This document shows positions 26,611-39,929 of a stretch of DNA of 64,000 nucleotides, in pieces; the first letter of the stretch is position 1; the number at the start of each line of letters is the position of its first letter. Under the pieces are notes generated by a model. That model was not told the origin of the DNA. It ran no database searches and saw only the letters and a list, made by a program, of their open reading frames with translations. The stretch covers positions 62,001 to 126,000 of the forward strand of contig JALDTO010000154.1 in assembly GCA_023515725.1 (NCBI GenBank). The letters are read 5' to 3'. This stretch comes from Amoeboaphelidium protococcarum X5 (lineage: Eukaryota > Fungi > Aphelidiomycota). Position numbers and translations under genes: made by a program.

Positions 26611-28455
26611 TCATAGCTTGTACTATTTACACAGAATATAGGTGAGAGCACAGACAATCAGGGATCCAAATATTTGACCAATTTGCGCGCCAACAGAGTC
26701 AGTCTAGTAGAATCTCATGCCAGTGTATCCGAAATTGGAAACAGTCCACGAAGGCTTAGATGGATCAACGACAGTGAATCGCCCACGCCCAGCATCATAC
26801 TCTAAGCCCGTACCATAGGCGGGGTGGAAATACGAAGATGTAAGAGTACACACCTTGTTGATACACAACTCGCTTTTACTCAGATCACAGTCTCCATCCA
26901 ACGCGCAAGTCTAATTTCCAGCAGAAGTCTGCACATAATCACCCAAAATACTTCGAAGCAGAAACAAATCAACAGTCCGTGAAGAGAAATAGCTACCAAC
27001 AGAGCGATCAATTGATACTGGAGAGGAGTAATTCAAGTACTACGTCGCAAGTGTACAATTAAAATTCCCTAGCATACATTCACTCAACTAAGACAAAACG
27101 GTACAGTTTGCAGATATTGTAGAATTACTCACGTCAGTAGCAACTTTATATACAGCGCGGGCAACAGAAGTGGAAATTTGACAAATGGAATCCAGCTGAG
27201 ATTAAGCTAATAAACGATCATTTTAGCTAAAGAAGTTCTAATCAATAAATTAAGAGTCGAAGTCGGATATTATAGCACTTTTTATGGTCGAATTATATTC
27301 CAAAAATGCCGCGACAGATGAAGGAGGCAACTACTAGCTTGAGGCCAACTTGGCCGTGATATTTAATCCAGAGGCACCAGAAAGTATGGCATCAACCAAC
27401 TCTGAAGCATTTCCAGTTGAACGAACATAATACGATCCATTGGTTGTAGCTGAGATCTATCGAAGACTAAATATTGCGGACACTTTAGACAAGTCAATCT
27501 TGGAATATTAGTCGACATTTCTATAGGGCAGCTGACAAATTGGATTATCATCTCTGTTCTAGACACAAAACTTGGACGACACATCTTGTATAAATCGCCT
27601 ACTACCAGTTAAATCGTAAGATTCGGCATTAAAAAGAGCATAAAGGATGTTTGTAGAACTTATGTTGAAGCTAGACAAAGCCTAAGACACTCCAACTAAA
27701 GCCAATATGCTTGAAGTGTAAGCATTCGCACCATACGCCATGCCATCAAAAAGCGATCGAGAGTCAAGCGGTGCAGTAACAATAATAGTCTGCGCATCGA
27801 GAGAGAAGTTTTTATGAGCAATTATAGATTGAGATCCCAATGGGAAACAGAAAGCTTGAGGCTGAGATTCGGTCCGGCGTAGACAAGTTGCAGAGTTATG
27901 TGCGGCAAACATAAAAGCCTCCATCTCAACTCCCACTTTAGGATATCTTCCCGCTCTATTATGCTAATCGCCGGCGATTATTTACTGTATTAGTTTGGAA
28001 CTGTTGGCATTGACTCCAAACAGAGGTTTATTCAACTGCACATCCAATAAGCTTCTGCCATTCGTATTCCATACATAATCTGTATTGAGCTGAGGAGATT
28101 AAACACACTCAGCACAGGGACTAGCATCGCTGTAAATAGATGATGGATCCTGACTTGCACTAACATTACCATTGGAATAAACGACAATCATACCAGCAAC
28201 ATTAGCTTACGAGTCCAGATCGTAGAGCATTTATCGCTGCAAAAAGGAAGAGTTCAAAGCTACAACCAGACTCTCAATGCTATCAATACCAGAGCCACTA
28301 CGTAGCGACTCATACTCTTCTATAGATGAGATGAATCGCAGCGAACCCGATGCTCTTCCACCTGCACTGCCAGTCTACCCACTTGAATTTAGTTTACGGA
28401 TCGCTGGCTGCGCAGAAGTGAAATACCTATAAATGCTCTGGTCAATGTCCTACAT
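26611..28455 (-). CDS. NCSTN: Nicastrin (gamma-secretase subunit); 5' end uncertain
   Basis: IIVTAPLDSRSLFDGMAYGAN, LYALFNAESYDLTGSRRFIQD, YFHPAY...SWTVSNF..MRFY, then one C-terminal TM helix. The first in-frame ATG gives no signal peptide, so an upstream exon is likely. Confidence 0.8.
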
Positions 28456-29198
28456 AAAGCACTACAAATTATCAATTATTGATGAGGAATTACAGGTGTT
28501 TTAGAAGCTTCAGTTCAGCACGAGTAAGTTTTTGCGAAACTAAAAGGGACAAAGCTTTGGAATACTTCCGCGTGCCGTTTATACTGTAATGTTTGCACAT
28601 ACTAATTGTCTCTAATCGGATAACTTAGATTAACAAGGTTGACCTAAATAAAGATTAAATAGAGTCTACTTATAAATCTTGAAAATTTACATGAACTAAT
28701 GTGTACGAAATACGAGGCTTCTGCATAATGATTTAGCTTGTTTGTCCGCGTACATGCTTTGGCGTGTCTCTATTGCGGAGTTTGATGGTGGCTTCATTGT
28801 GCTCAGATTATAGTCTTTAACAAAAAGTGATACATGATAATATCTCTACGCGCAGTTCTCTCTGTCTGAACATTTATTAGTAAACTTGGAGTTTCCATGT
28901 CTCTAACCTCCTGCTTAATTTGCGACTCTACTAATCTGCGACAGTTGTAACAGGTGTTTTGATCAAACTGTGACAATTGTCACAGGTGGCTGTTCTGTCA
29001 TCACCAACGATCAGGTGTGTTCTTTATTGTTCCATTAGTCTTTGTCATTTATTTTTAAAAGACCTGGTGGGCTGGATATGTTAAAATTATCTTTTATTGT
29101 TACTCCTGAGGTTGATGTGTTGTACCGGCTTGACCGTACTCGGGAAAGCTATACCTTAAAGAACTATACACGTCCAATTTCTATTAAATCAAAAGTAC

Positions 29199-29951
29199 TC
29201 ATATCTCATCATTTTCTCCCTTTTAAGAGATGCAAAAATTCAAAAGTTCTTCGGTAATGTCACCATTGGATGAAATACTCCCGCTAGATATCGAATGGGA
29301 GGAGGAGGTATTTTCTATATCTTTGTATATAGTGTCAGTATCAAACATGACGCCTTTTTGTAAGGATGTCCAGTACGAATGTATAGTCTACTCCATACGC
29401 TTCATTTCATGCTCCATAGTCTAATTTCTGGTAGACATTTGTATCAAGAGGTTATTCGCATTGAGTAGCAAGCTTTGCAAGTGAACGACAACTTTATTCT
29501 ACTGAATGTATTATTGTTAAAGTAGAGCCTAACCAACTAATGCATGAGCCAACCTACTTTTGACTTCCGTGATGTCTTAGATATTGGATAAGGCCTCATT
29601 AGCGATATCTACGGCATCAACACCGAATTAACAGCTCAGATCCTGAATCGATAATGTTTCAACACCTTCCTTGATCATTTGCACTATTTTTTACTTTTGT
29701 AGGCATTCTAGCTAGTTTGGTGGATCCCACTATTAAGACGGCTATGTAGACTACGATTAGTAGGATATCTGATGAGGACCATTATGCTGAGTGCGCCACT
29801 AAAACCAATCTTGGACCAGCTCAAAGCCAATATTAAGCTTGATCGCTATGGATTGCATAATGCTACCACTGGGAATCTGATTCAGTTTTTAGTATATTTC
29901 TTCGAGCAGATGGAGGGCTTCATCAGACTCTAACGTTGTAAGTCCGGTCAT
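29199..29951 (-). CDS. Atypical homeodomain protein with a following coiled-coil-like region (250 aa)
   Basis: N-terminal EALHLLEEIYQKLNQIPSGSIMQSIAIKLNIGFELVQDWFQWRTQ follows the three-helix homeodomain pattern. Absent from the supplied ORF track. Confidence 0.65.
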
Positions 29952-30649
29952 TTTACAACACTAGACTGTCTGTTACAATTCAGCCATATACAATACCGTA
30001 TATCTAGCACTGACGGCGAGAGAGTTTCCGCTTTCGGATGTTCTGTCGCGAACTGTTTTTGATAAACGCCCCTGCCGACCCTGAAACGTTGTTTGTGCTT
30101 ACGAAACGGGATGTTTGTCGCCAAATAATGCCGATATGAGATTACAAATGGTCCTGATTTAGATTATGTAGCTTAAACATGCGCGCTTAACTGATACTTT
30201 AATTAAAGATCTTCATTAATAGAACTAGAGCTAATATAAAGTATAACTGCATGGATAATGATAGAATCCATCGGGCTGTTCATTATGCACAGTCTTATGC
30301 TGCGATGTGTGTGATCCAAAGATGTATAACATTAACGATCTTGAAAAGACAACCTCATGCGTTCAAAGATAATCTTATGGGGATGGTGACTGGGTAAAAT
30401 GTATTCGCGTGATCTTAGTCTCTTCTTCATTGGAAATAAGCGCAAAAGACGCGTCTTTATCGGAGCACTTGATCTGCTGATTTTTCAAGTTGCGATCAAA
30501 GGAGGCTTAAGGAGTTAAACACTCTCAGCACTTTCCCTTCTTGCCGCATTTGCAGTCATCATAGACGTGACTTTTGATAAGCAGTTGATAGACTTGGGTA
30601 ATATAATCTTTTTATTATCTTCATTCTATATTAAATACTAGCCCGCATA

Positions 30650-31366
30650 ATGATGTCTGGAATATTTGTAAAATCTTTATCCTTTGCGCTTGCTCTTATA
30701 GTATCTTCTATTGATGGACGGCCGGCATCTGGGCCTTTCAATAATCTGGCTCAAGGTTAGTCTGCTATGGGTAGCACCGGTCCAGGATATGCCTCTGTAT
30801 ACTCTGACATCAAGGTGGATGAGCTCAGAGAAAGTGATATTGAAAAGTATTTGGATACCGAGTCACTTCTGCAGCCTGTGTGGGTTCCATGTCCGCAGAC
30901 ATCCAAGACATCCTACCTCAACGTCTCATTCTCCCCTTACCCACTACCTAAAGGTCGTAATATTACCGCCACTCTGAAAGGATACGTTGAGGAGCCTCTC
31001 ACCCCTGGCACTAGGCTCAGACTGTTCGGATCCAATGTGGAAATACCCATCATTCCTCTGCCTCAAATCACGCTGGATGTATGCTCCTTCATTGAGGGGC
31101 AATTCGTGAATGCAACTTAACCGGTCAAGTGTCCCATCGCGGCTTGGGCGTCCCTCCTTGTCTTTAATGCTATAAAAAATAAACAGATTAGTTAAATGGA
31201 CAGTGATGCAGCGGAATTGGCATCTAGTAATAGAAATCAGTTAATTGGTCTAAATGCTACCATACCGCGACTGCAAAAGTCTGGCAGGTATTCCACGTAC
31301 TTGTAATTAATTGACGGCCAAAAGAATGTCCTCACCTGTGCCCATACCATTTTGAGAATTAAATGA
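30650..31366 (+). CDS. Secreted ML/NPC2-like lipid-binding protein (238 aa)
   Basis: Signal peptide, WVPC...VSFSPYPLPKGRNITATLKG, LDVC, CPI and GRYSTYLQLIDGQKNVLTCA. Confidence 0.8.
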
Positions 31367-31525
31367 TCCAGTATAATGTGCTCTATTTTGATAGTTGATT
31401 CTTCAGTTTTTATTGACTTTTATACTTTTGCCTATTTCATCAACATTTTCTGGTTGAAGTCATACTAATACGATAACAAGCATGAAATTAAAATGTAAAG
31501 CGCGAAATGACAACTAACAACTGTA

Positions 31526-32314
31526 TCAAACATTCATAGGAGATTTGTCGACCGGTGGATATGCATACCTCTTTGGGCGTGGATTGATGTACTTTGAGCG
31601 GTTAATATCTTTCGGTAAGCCACCAGTCGCATTGCCACCGGGCCGAGACGTATTGGGGAGCAGTTGAGACACGTTGATTAGAGTTCCAACTCCGCTCGTT
31701 GTATAAGTAGCATTGTATTCATAGAGTAGTTTAATCGTAGTCTACAGGTCAGTCCATACTTGAATCAACAAGTCATTATACTTTGCAGTCGCCTCCTCAA
31801 AGTAAGTCACGTTCATATTACACTGCAATTGAGCATTCAGAGACATTGATAGAAACGAGAGGGTGGAGCAAAGTAAGATGACAATAGATGACACTTTGGC
31901 CTACTAGACGGGATCTTGAATAGTCTGTTGCAGAAGTGCATTCACATTAGAGCTACTCATAGCGACCACACAAAGATTACCACCCAGAGTAAAGAAGGCC
32001 AGAATGTACCAAATGACTTTCCAACGTGTCACAAGTGAACTATATACTTGAACTTTCCTGTTCACCTGAGCAATGATGGCATTCTACAAGTTTTACAATT
32101 CTTACGGACTCATGTTGCCAATATTGAGCTATGGTGGTTTAATCCCGCCATGTCCCGGTACCAAATTAGGCAGATGTGGAGGTGGAATATTATCACCGGA
32201 ACTGCTTCCTTATCGAGTATCAGCAGATCTAACAGCAGATAACGGTACAGAAAGGCTGCTTTGATTACAAGCGGGCATCTCTAGTTCTTATTTCTATGAG
32301 CGATTCCAAAACAT
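31526..32314 (-). CDS. Two-TM membrane protein, SLATT-like architecture (262 aa)
   Basis: A helix, then TM1 (VIWYILAFFTLGGNLCVVAM), a short loop, TM2 (IVILLCSTLSFLSMSL) and the helix YFEEATAKYNDLLIQV. Family call is by pattern only. Confidence 0.55.
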
Positions 32315-32826
32315 AAATATGCGTGCAATCTTGTCACCTCAAAGTACCGATGAAATGGTAATGACGAATCTAAAGACGTGAACAGATGTAAGATAAAACA
32401 TTCTGGATAAACGCGCTCACATGAACTTTGGTCTGAAACGGGAGCGATTTGTTATGATTTCACTAAAAATCAGCATGAGAATTGTATCACTGAAATCCCT
32501 CATGAGTAGATATTAATAAAAAAGCTACCATGATAACGGAATCTTAGTTGATTAGAAAGCAAAAGAGTATGTAATCTACAAGATAAATGTGCTACTCAAT
32601 TAGTATGAGCGCGCATGTGTTACATCACTGGCTATCAGTCTCACCGTGGTCGTCGCTGTTCATGTGGGTTACCTCTTTCTTCTAAAACGGCGCTTTACTG
32701 TACAGTTCTCGTTCTTTTCTTTTAGCACAACAACGCGAGAGGTTAATTACAGTGGTCGGTCAATTCAGTTTATTGCCTCTTACTATTGAATTCTTAATTA
32801 ATAATTAATTGATATTACATTTAATA

Positions 32827-34434
32827 ATGAGTTTTAATTTCAATGTGAATACTCCTTAGTAGAACAAGTCTGATTAGTCACAGTAATAGTAGTAGTAGAA
32901 GCCAGCGTTCTCATTTGGTTCTGGATTTGGATAAGCGGCGTCAACTTAGTCAGCGGATTAAAGCAGTGCCAAGCCGTAATTTTCATTCGGAGGTGCATCT
33001 TCTACTCCAGCCCAAAGTGGTACTTAGCCTCAGAATTAGCCAAGTTTTAGCTTTGGTGGATTTGGCTCTACTCCTACTCCGGCCGGTGCCCCTTCTAGTA
33101 ATACTACTGCGACTGCTACTGCTGCCACGTAGAAGCCTACTTTTGGATTTGGATAATCGCTCGGTACACCTTCTGATAAATAAATTCCGTTATCTACTCC
33201 ATTTGGTACACCTGCTGTTGCATCCACGTCTGCTTAGCCGTAATAAAATGCCAGTAGTGCTAAACCGGCATTTTCTTTTGGTGGTGGTCTCTCTGCAGCT
33301 ACCCAGCCGCAATCCGATTAATAATAACAACAAGAGTAAAAGCCTGCTGCGGCGTTTGGTGGATTTGGTGCAACTACAACTGAAGGTGTGAAGACTTAAT
33401 AGGCGCCACTTTTTGGCCAGACTTTAGGTGGTGGCGCTACTGGCGATAATAAATAGGATGCTTCTAAACCGCAATTTAATTTTGGCGCACAGTCAACTAC
33501 TGCAGCGGCGCCTACATCTACTCCTAAGCCAGTGGAAGAAAAAAAGGGACCAACTCCAGCATTTTCATTTGGAGCAGGAAATGCGGCTGCTGGTACTCCT
33601 GCAAAACCGCCTGCCGATAGCGGCGATAAGAGTAAAGATTCTTCCCAAGCATCCAAGTTGATGATCGGTGGGCCTGCTTAAGAGGAGAAAGTGGAGTCCG
33701 CTGATGTTCTTACTGCTCTTAAAGGCAAGACTATTAGCGAAATCTTATCAGAGTGGTAGAGAATTCTTTACGAATCTAGCAAGACTTTCCATCAGAGAGC
33801 GTAAGAGATTTCATAACTCGATGCCCAGCTAGTAAATGTAACCAATCAGATTAGCAAAGTAGTCATGGAATCTGAGCAATCTAATTAGAAGTAGCAAGAG
33901 CTTATTCAAGGTCTAGACTTTATAGAGACGCAACAGAATGCTTTGGATAAAGAATTGGATCGCTTCGAGGAGAAATTGGTTCAAGTGGTAGAGAAGACAT
34001 CATAACACTAAGGTTCCGCCGTGTAAGGTCGCGTTGTCTAGTTTAAACTTCCTAATGGTCATATTGTTAATGGTGATACCGCCCGTGAAAAGACTTATAC
34101 CACCGCCGAGAATTTAAGTTAGGATTTGTTCGTGATCAATCAGCAGATTGAAGATGCTGTGAGTATGTTGAACAAGGTGTATGCAAGCGGATCCGGCACG
34201 TCAGATGATGATACTGGCAGCGGGCAGGATGTAATTGGCGTAGTTACCAAGGTGCTGAATAAACATTATAACAGTCTGCAGTGGATTGATGCCACCGTCG
34301 GCCAGTTGAATGATAAGCTCTCGAAACTGAAGAAGATTAATGATGGTACCAAGCTGCTGTAAAGCAAAGACGATTCGCGCGATCGACATTTCTCACCAAG
34401 ATCATCTTCTATGCCGAAACAGTACTCTGCGTGA
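32827..34434 (+). CDS. NSP1: FG nucleoporin Nsp1/Nup62 (535 aa)
   Basis: Repeated P(A/Q)FSFG and FGFG motifs, followed by the Nsp1_C coiled coil starting LKGKTISEILSEW. Confidence 0.9.
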
Positions 34435-34993
34435 ATAATATAACTGGCAGATTATCGATATCTTTAATTTTTGAATGAATCTTAAATTTTCAATATTATA
34501 TTATGCATACAGTAGTTAGCTCAAATCTTGTTTAAAATCTATTGTACGTCTGTACACAGTAGTTTGAAGTTGATGGATGTATTAATATCCAGACTGCTTA
34601 GTTACCAAGAGGGATTGTTGTTTGTTCACTCAATTCGATCTTGTGCTGTTGGTGTGGTGTAGCTCTCATCTGAAATCATCATCATCATCACAACAACGAC
34701 ACTGCTGATTTTATAAATAATAATAAAAACTTGCTTTGCTTCTCACAGCATTTTTATTTATTAGATAGATTCAAAGGATTTCTATCTTCTCTACTTGATA
34801 CACTGCTCTTTGTGATCTGCTGTTACACTCTCGAAGAATCGAAACAATCTGGTAATTAGTGGAGTATAAAGTGAATTTAAAAAAGTGGAAGCATCAGTAT
34901 AGTAGGAAGAACAATATCATAATTAATTGTTATTAAATACTGCAATAAAAGTGAATATACTAAAATAAGCGTTTTTTAGTATTGGCAGTAATA

Positions 34994-37900
34994 ATGATGA
35001 ATAGAAGATTGTCGGTTGAAACAGCTTAACAGTCACAATAACAGTCACAGCAATAACAGTACCGTAATGACTCTGGAGCGACATTGGTGAATTAGATATC
35101 AGATGTTTCAGATGCAATGCAGTCGGAGAATACTCTTGTTAATAATGATAACGCAAGTGCTTAAGACTCGGTTGTTGCGCAATAGTCTGGGGATCTCCCT
35201 AATGTCATTGTTGATTCTGGTGAGTCGGCGCATCAGGCAGCTAATCAAGTTTCACTCAAGATTGTCTAGTAGATCGAGATGGCCAAATTGTAAGCGTATG
35301 ATCATTAGAGCTAAAGTTAAATATCACCACTACCACCTAATACCACTCAGTCCAATGAGATGAGCAATGCAAGTGGCGCAGGCGGTAGCACTGATTCAGC
35401 CCAGAAATTGCCAGAACTCAGTACCCCTATTGGATACTCTCGTCTTCATGGTGTGGCGAATTAGTCATCTGCATCTGTACAGGCGGTACCGGCTCCTAAT
35501 GTACTCTTGTCTGGACACACTCGGAAATTGTCACATGATAAGCATTCAAGCAGTAGTAGTAGTAGTAACAGCAAGCATAGAGCGCAGTTGCTACATAAGC
35601 GTCCATCTGCGTCTAAAGTACAATCGATACCTGCGAATGATATTATCATGTCCACCAATTTGGAAGAGCTGGCGGTGTTAAGTAATATTCCGTAATGGCT
35701 CATCTACTCGTGGACTTGCAAGAAGGACAAGACTATTTCGGATAAGAAGACTCATTGTGCAATCGCGGAACTTTTCGTTCTGAAGTAGTATGTTCTTGCC
35801 ACACAGCTTGCTCAGAGTGCCTCTATTTCGCAGCAAGATCAGTTGGCGAAGAATATGCTGCAAATGTTTTAGAACGCGCATCGCATCCTCGCCAAGGCTT
35901 CATCTTCATCTTCTGCTGGCTCATCGACTACGTCTCAGACTGATCTAGGAAGTCCGAGTGTGTAGCATTCCAAGGTGATTAAAGATAGGAGCAATTCTAG
36001 TGGATCACAAATGGGTGGTGTCTCTAGTTAAGCAGCAGGCTCAGATCTAGATTTGAGCCCTGCTGATCGGACATAATAATAGTCTCATGGCAATGCGAAC
36101 CATCCTGCTCTCTTGAAGAAGCCTCCTATTCCAGCTGGTATCCGTAGACGCGATCACTGTATTGCCTTTTTGGAGACCATGATCATAGCCGAGATTGAAG
36201 CGAATAAGTATGAATAGAATCTCTTTCGCTAGAATACCATGGTGTCAAAGTTGCTAACACTGTATGCTAATCAGAATGCGAAGGATTATTTGGTCAACAT
36301 GCTGTAGAACGTGATTGACGATGTATTGAGAATGGGGTCATTTGAAGTGGATCCTGCCAAAATGATTATCAATTCTGATAGTAGTGGCTCTAACAGCAAC
36401 GCTTCGTCACAGAATCCAGAGTATAATATGAAAAAGTTATTACAGGCTTGTCAAATGGTACTTGATGCCGTAGTGGCCTCATCTTCTAAATGTCCGATTG
36501 GTTTACAGAAGCTGTGTTATATCATTTAGAAGCAGGTGGATATGAGATTCAAGAATGGCAGAAGGATCAATGATCCACAATCCGGTCATAATGTTATCGA
36601 CTCTTCCGTTCTGGCTGGCACGGATGGTCAAGACGATGGCTCACAATCCGCGACCACAATGTCTCCTGGTGGTGGCAATGGTAGTAAATTTAAGATGGTT
36701 GCAATTAGTGGATTCATGTTCTTGCGCTTCATTTGCCCAGCTATTGTTACTCCGGAGACTAGTGGAATCGTCAAATCTCCGTTGAACTCAAAGCAGAGGA
36801 GAAGTCTGGTACTAATTAGTAAAGTGTTGTAGAATCTGGCGAATGGAGTGCGGTTTGGTAGTAAGGAGGCATATATGACACCCGCCAACTCTTTTCTGGT
36901 AGATAATGAGCCACAGCTGTACAAATTTTGTCATTAGATTTAGGATGTTGAGTCGGAAGGTCTCTACTGGGTCACCGAGTCCGTCGATTAAGAGAAGGAT
37001 GGCCAGAGCTTAAGTGATTCTGTCAGTGCGTTGCAGTAGCTGCTGATTGCACTCAACCAGTAGATGAGTAAAATTCAGCATGAGCTAGAGTCTGTGCAGA
37101 TTAGTGAAGTTATGACCTATACCGTTTTTGGTGCGTTGAAATCTATCATCAAGAGGTTTGAGTTGATTGAGCGGACATACGATGTTCTCTATGGCACTGA
37201 TACTAGCGTTAGTGCTAGCCTCGCTGCCAAAAATCCGTTAGACTTTAGTTAGAGAGATTAAGAAATGCTGAATAACTCGGTGCTACTTGGCGGACTTGAA
37301 GAAGTTCTCCTTATGAATAGATACGTACTGATTAAGGCTCTAATGAATCCGGTGAATTTTCTTGCTCATCGGTCATTGCTGTAGATGCCAACAGTCTATG
37401 CTACGATGGGCGCCAATGTTGGGAGTCAGGCCGCCAACTTGAATAGAGAAATGGATACGATTGCGCGCTCAGTCATTCAGGTTCTTGGTCCTCATGGCGG
37501 TTTGAAGCTGGTTGATGTGATTGAATGGGTAATTGATTAAGAGGTCAGTAAACGATAAGAAATGGCTTTTAATAATGGTAGTGGGTAACAATTGACAGCT
37601 GTTGAAGTATTGAAGAAATGCCTGGAAGGTCCGTAGATTCCCCGTTCTGAAGAAGATAAAGCTTAGTGTGCCCAGCATAATGCAACCTTTGGAACTTCAA
37701 TGTCGTTCAAATTGCTGATTTCCTTCATGTTTGCCCACACTAAAGAGTATCTCAAGCCTCTACTGTAGGACACTTGTCTGGAAGTTTGGAGCATTAGTGC
37801 CAGTTGTGAAATTGATCCCTCGCAGTTGAAGCCGGATGAGAATTTAAAGAGTAACTTGGATAATCTTGTGGCAGCGACGATGAAGATCATACGAACCATC

Positions 37901-39826
37901 ACGAGTAATATCGTACTGATTCCTGAATGTATGCGCAAATCAATAAGGATGATGTATACTCGCTTGGGTGGCCGGTTGGACTTGGATTCAGTAGTGGATT
38001 CTTATGCTGTGTAGAATGAAAATGCTATTCGCTGGGTATCAAATTTTCTGTTTTTGCGATACTTTTGTCCTGTTATTGGTTCACCTGCATTTTACGGCGT
38101 GATTACGCCTGATTAAATTGAGGGCACTGATGTCTAGTCAGCGGGGAGAACTTTTGTACTGATTTCGTATATGATCCGGTTTCTTATTGCCAGAGTTAAT
38201 CAAGAGAAAGATAATTGGCAAAGTTAAGATTCTATGCCATACGAAGAGGAGATATTGGGTCCAATGCTTGAGGAATGGAAATCTTGTGTGGTTACTTTTA
38301 TCAAGCAGATCTTGAATGCTCTTCCATCTCTGCCTTCTGGTAATCTTTCGCATGTTTAATCTGAATCTGTGCCAAGTTTAGCGGAATCGAAATTGTCTAA
38401 AAACTCTGTTCAGGATGCTCCGGTAATGATTTCTGCTAGCTCAAGAAGCAAAGGATTGTTGTATCTTCGTAAAATATTGACACCTTACGCGATCAAGTAT
38501 TTGAAAACTTTGGTGGACCTGAAGGATTTCAAGTAATCTGCAAAGTTCCATCGTCATCTTGGTCCTCAGCCTGTGCCTGAGCGATCGGACTTTGATCTTA
38601 TGACACCTTCTAGAGACTCTAATGAATTATCGGGCCTACGTATAGAATCTGTATAGTATAAGTTTATGGACAGAATCAGAGTTGTGTTGTCTAGTATTTA
38701 CAAGGATCTTGAGAGCCAGAGTCTACCTAAAGATATAGCGTCGTCACGAAAAAATACCAACTCTTTATAGCTACCATCAGTTCCACCAATCTCTGAGGGG
38801 AATGAAGGGACGAATGGTTCGTAAGCTGCGGCAACTCGTTAGGCTGGTGGGCAAATAACGTCTGATGACGAGCGATTTAATCGGCCAGCTGGATTCGTTG
38901 CAGTGAGCAATAAAGCTAGACGCGGTATGACTACTAATGTCAATAACGCACCATCACCAACGGAACTGAAATTGTTGAAGAAGGACTCTCTGTTCTCATC
39001 ATCCGGGAAATCTGATAAGTTCAATGAAGAGTTCTCCGCTATTCGCATTTCTGATGCCGGTGAAGTTGGCAAAAGCGGTGGCAGTATTCATAGAGACTCT
39101 TCCATTCCCAAGGATTTATAGAGCTCTGTCTCTGCATCTAAGTGGTAATTAAAGTCAAACTCTAATGCCATCTCGCTTGCCACCAAGAGTATCGTTAAAG
39201 GAATATTTTCATCCGTAAGATTTGGAGGTGGTGATGACCACTCTGCTGGGTAGGGTGATTTTGATGAATCTGTAATAGATGGCAATGGGGGTAAGAAGAA
39301 GTCAGGTAAAGTTGCTTAAACCAATCGGAATACGATGATGAATCCTGCCACTGTGGGAGATGGTGAGCGTGGATTATTGAATTTGATCAGACGGCACAGA
39401 GCTGAAGTTGCGACCGAAGATGGCAATCCAGCGGTATCAGATGCTCAGTCATCATCTTCCGGTAATGGAGCTAGTAATGGCAGCGTATCTGGAAAGTAGA
39501 AGAAATAGGATAAGTTTTCAATCACTCAGCTAAAGGGAGGGAATGATGAGACTAATGGTAAGCAGCAGGCCCGTGATTAGAATGCCGCCTCTACCAGCTC
39601 TTCATCGACCGATATAGACGAGAAAGGTATAATTGACACTGAGTTGGATAGTGGCGAACAGTTGAGTAAAGACTCAAAGTCTGCGAAGAATAGTATAAGC
39701 GGTGCTAGTGGCAAACAGGACGCTACCGTTTTGTAGAAGAAGCTAAAGCGGAAATCAGGAGATCCCGGTACCAAGCTTACTGCCGCCCAAGTAGAGAAGA
39801 ATAACCGTGATAGATAGAATATTTGA
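34994..39826 (+). CDS. Large RasGAP with two tandem GAP domains (about 1610 aa)
   Basis: Domain 1: LFRQNTMVSKLL, GFMFLRFICPAIVTP, RRSLVLISKVLQNLANG. Domain 2: CEIDPSQLKPDENLKSNLDNL and NFLFLRYFCPVIGSP. Start codon is uncertain. Confidence 0.85.
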
Positions 39827-39929
39827 TTGATCAAGTCAAAATAAATAAAAATAAGTGTTTATGATGACGTGAAGTGTTATAAGATAGAGTTGATTATCAA
39901 TCACTTTAAATCGCCTTTACATTAATCAC

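Noticed and set aside
28472-29035. 187-codon TGA-free frame on the minus strand upstream of nicastrin
   Set aside because: No recognisable motif. With a single stop codon such frames arise by chance, and it would leave no room for the nicastrin promoter. Unresolved.
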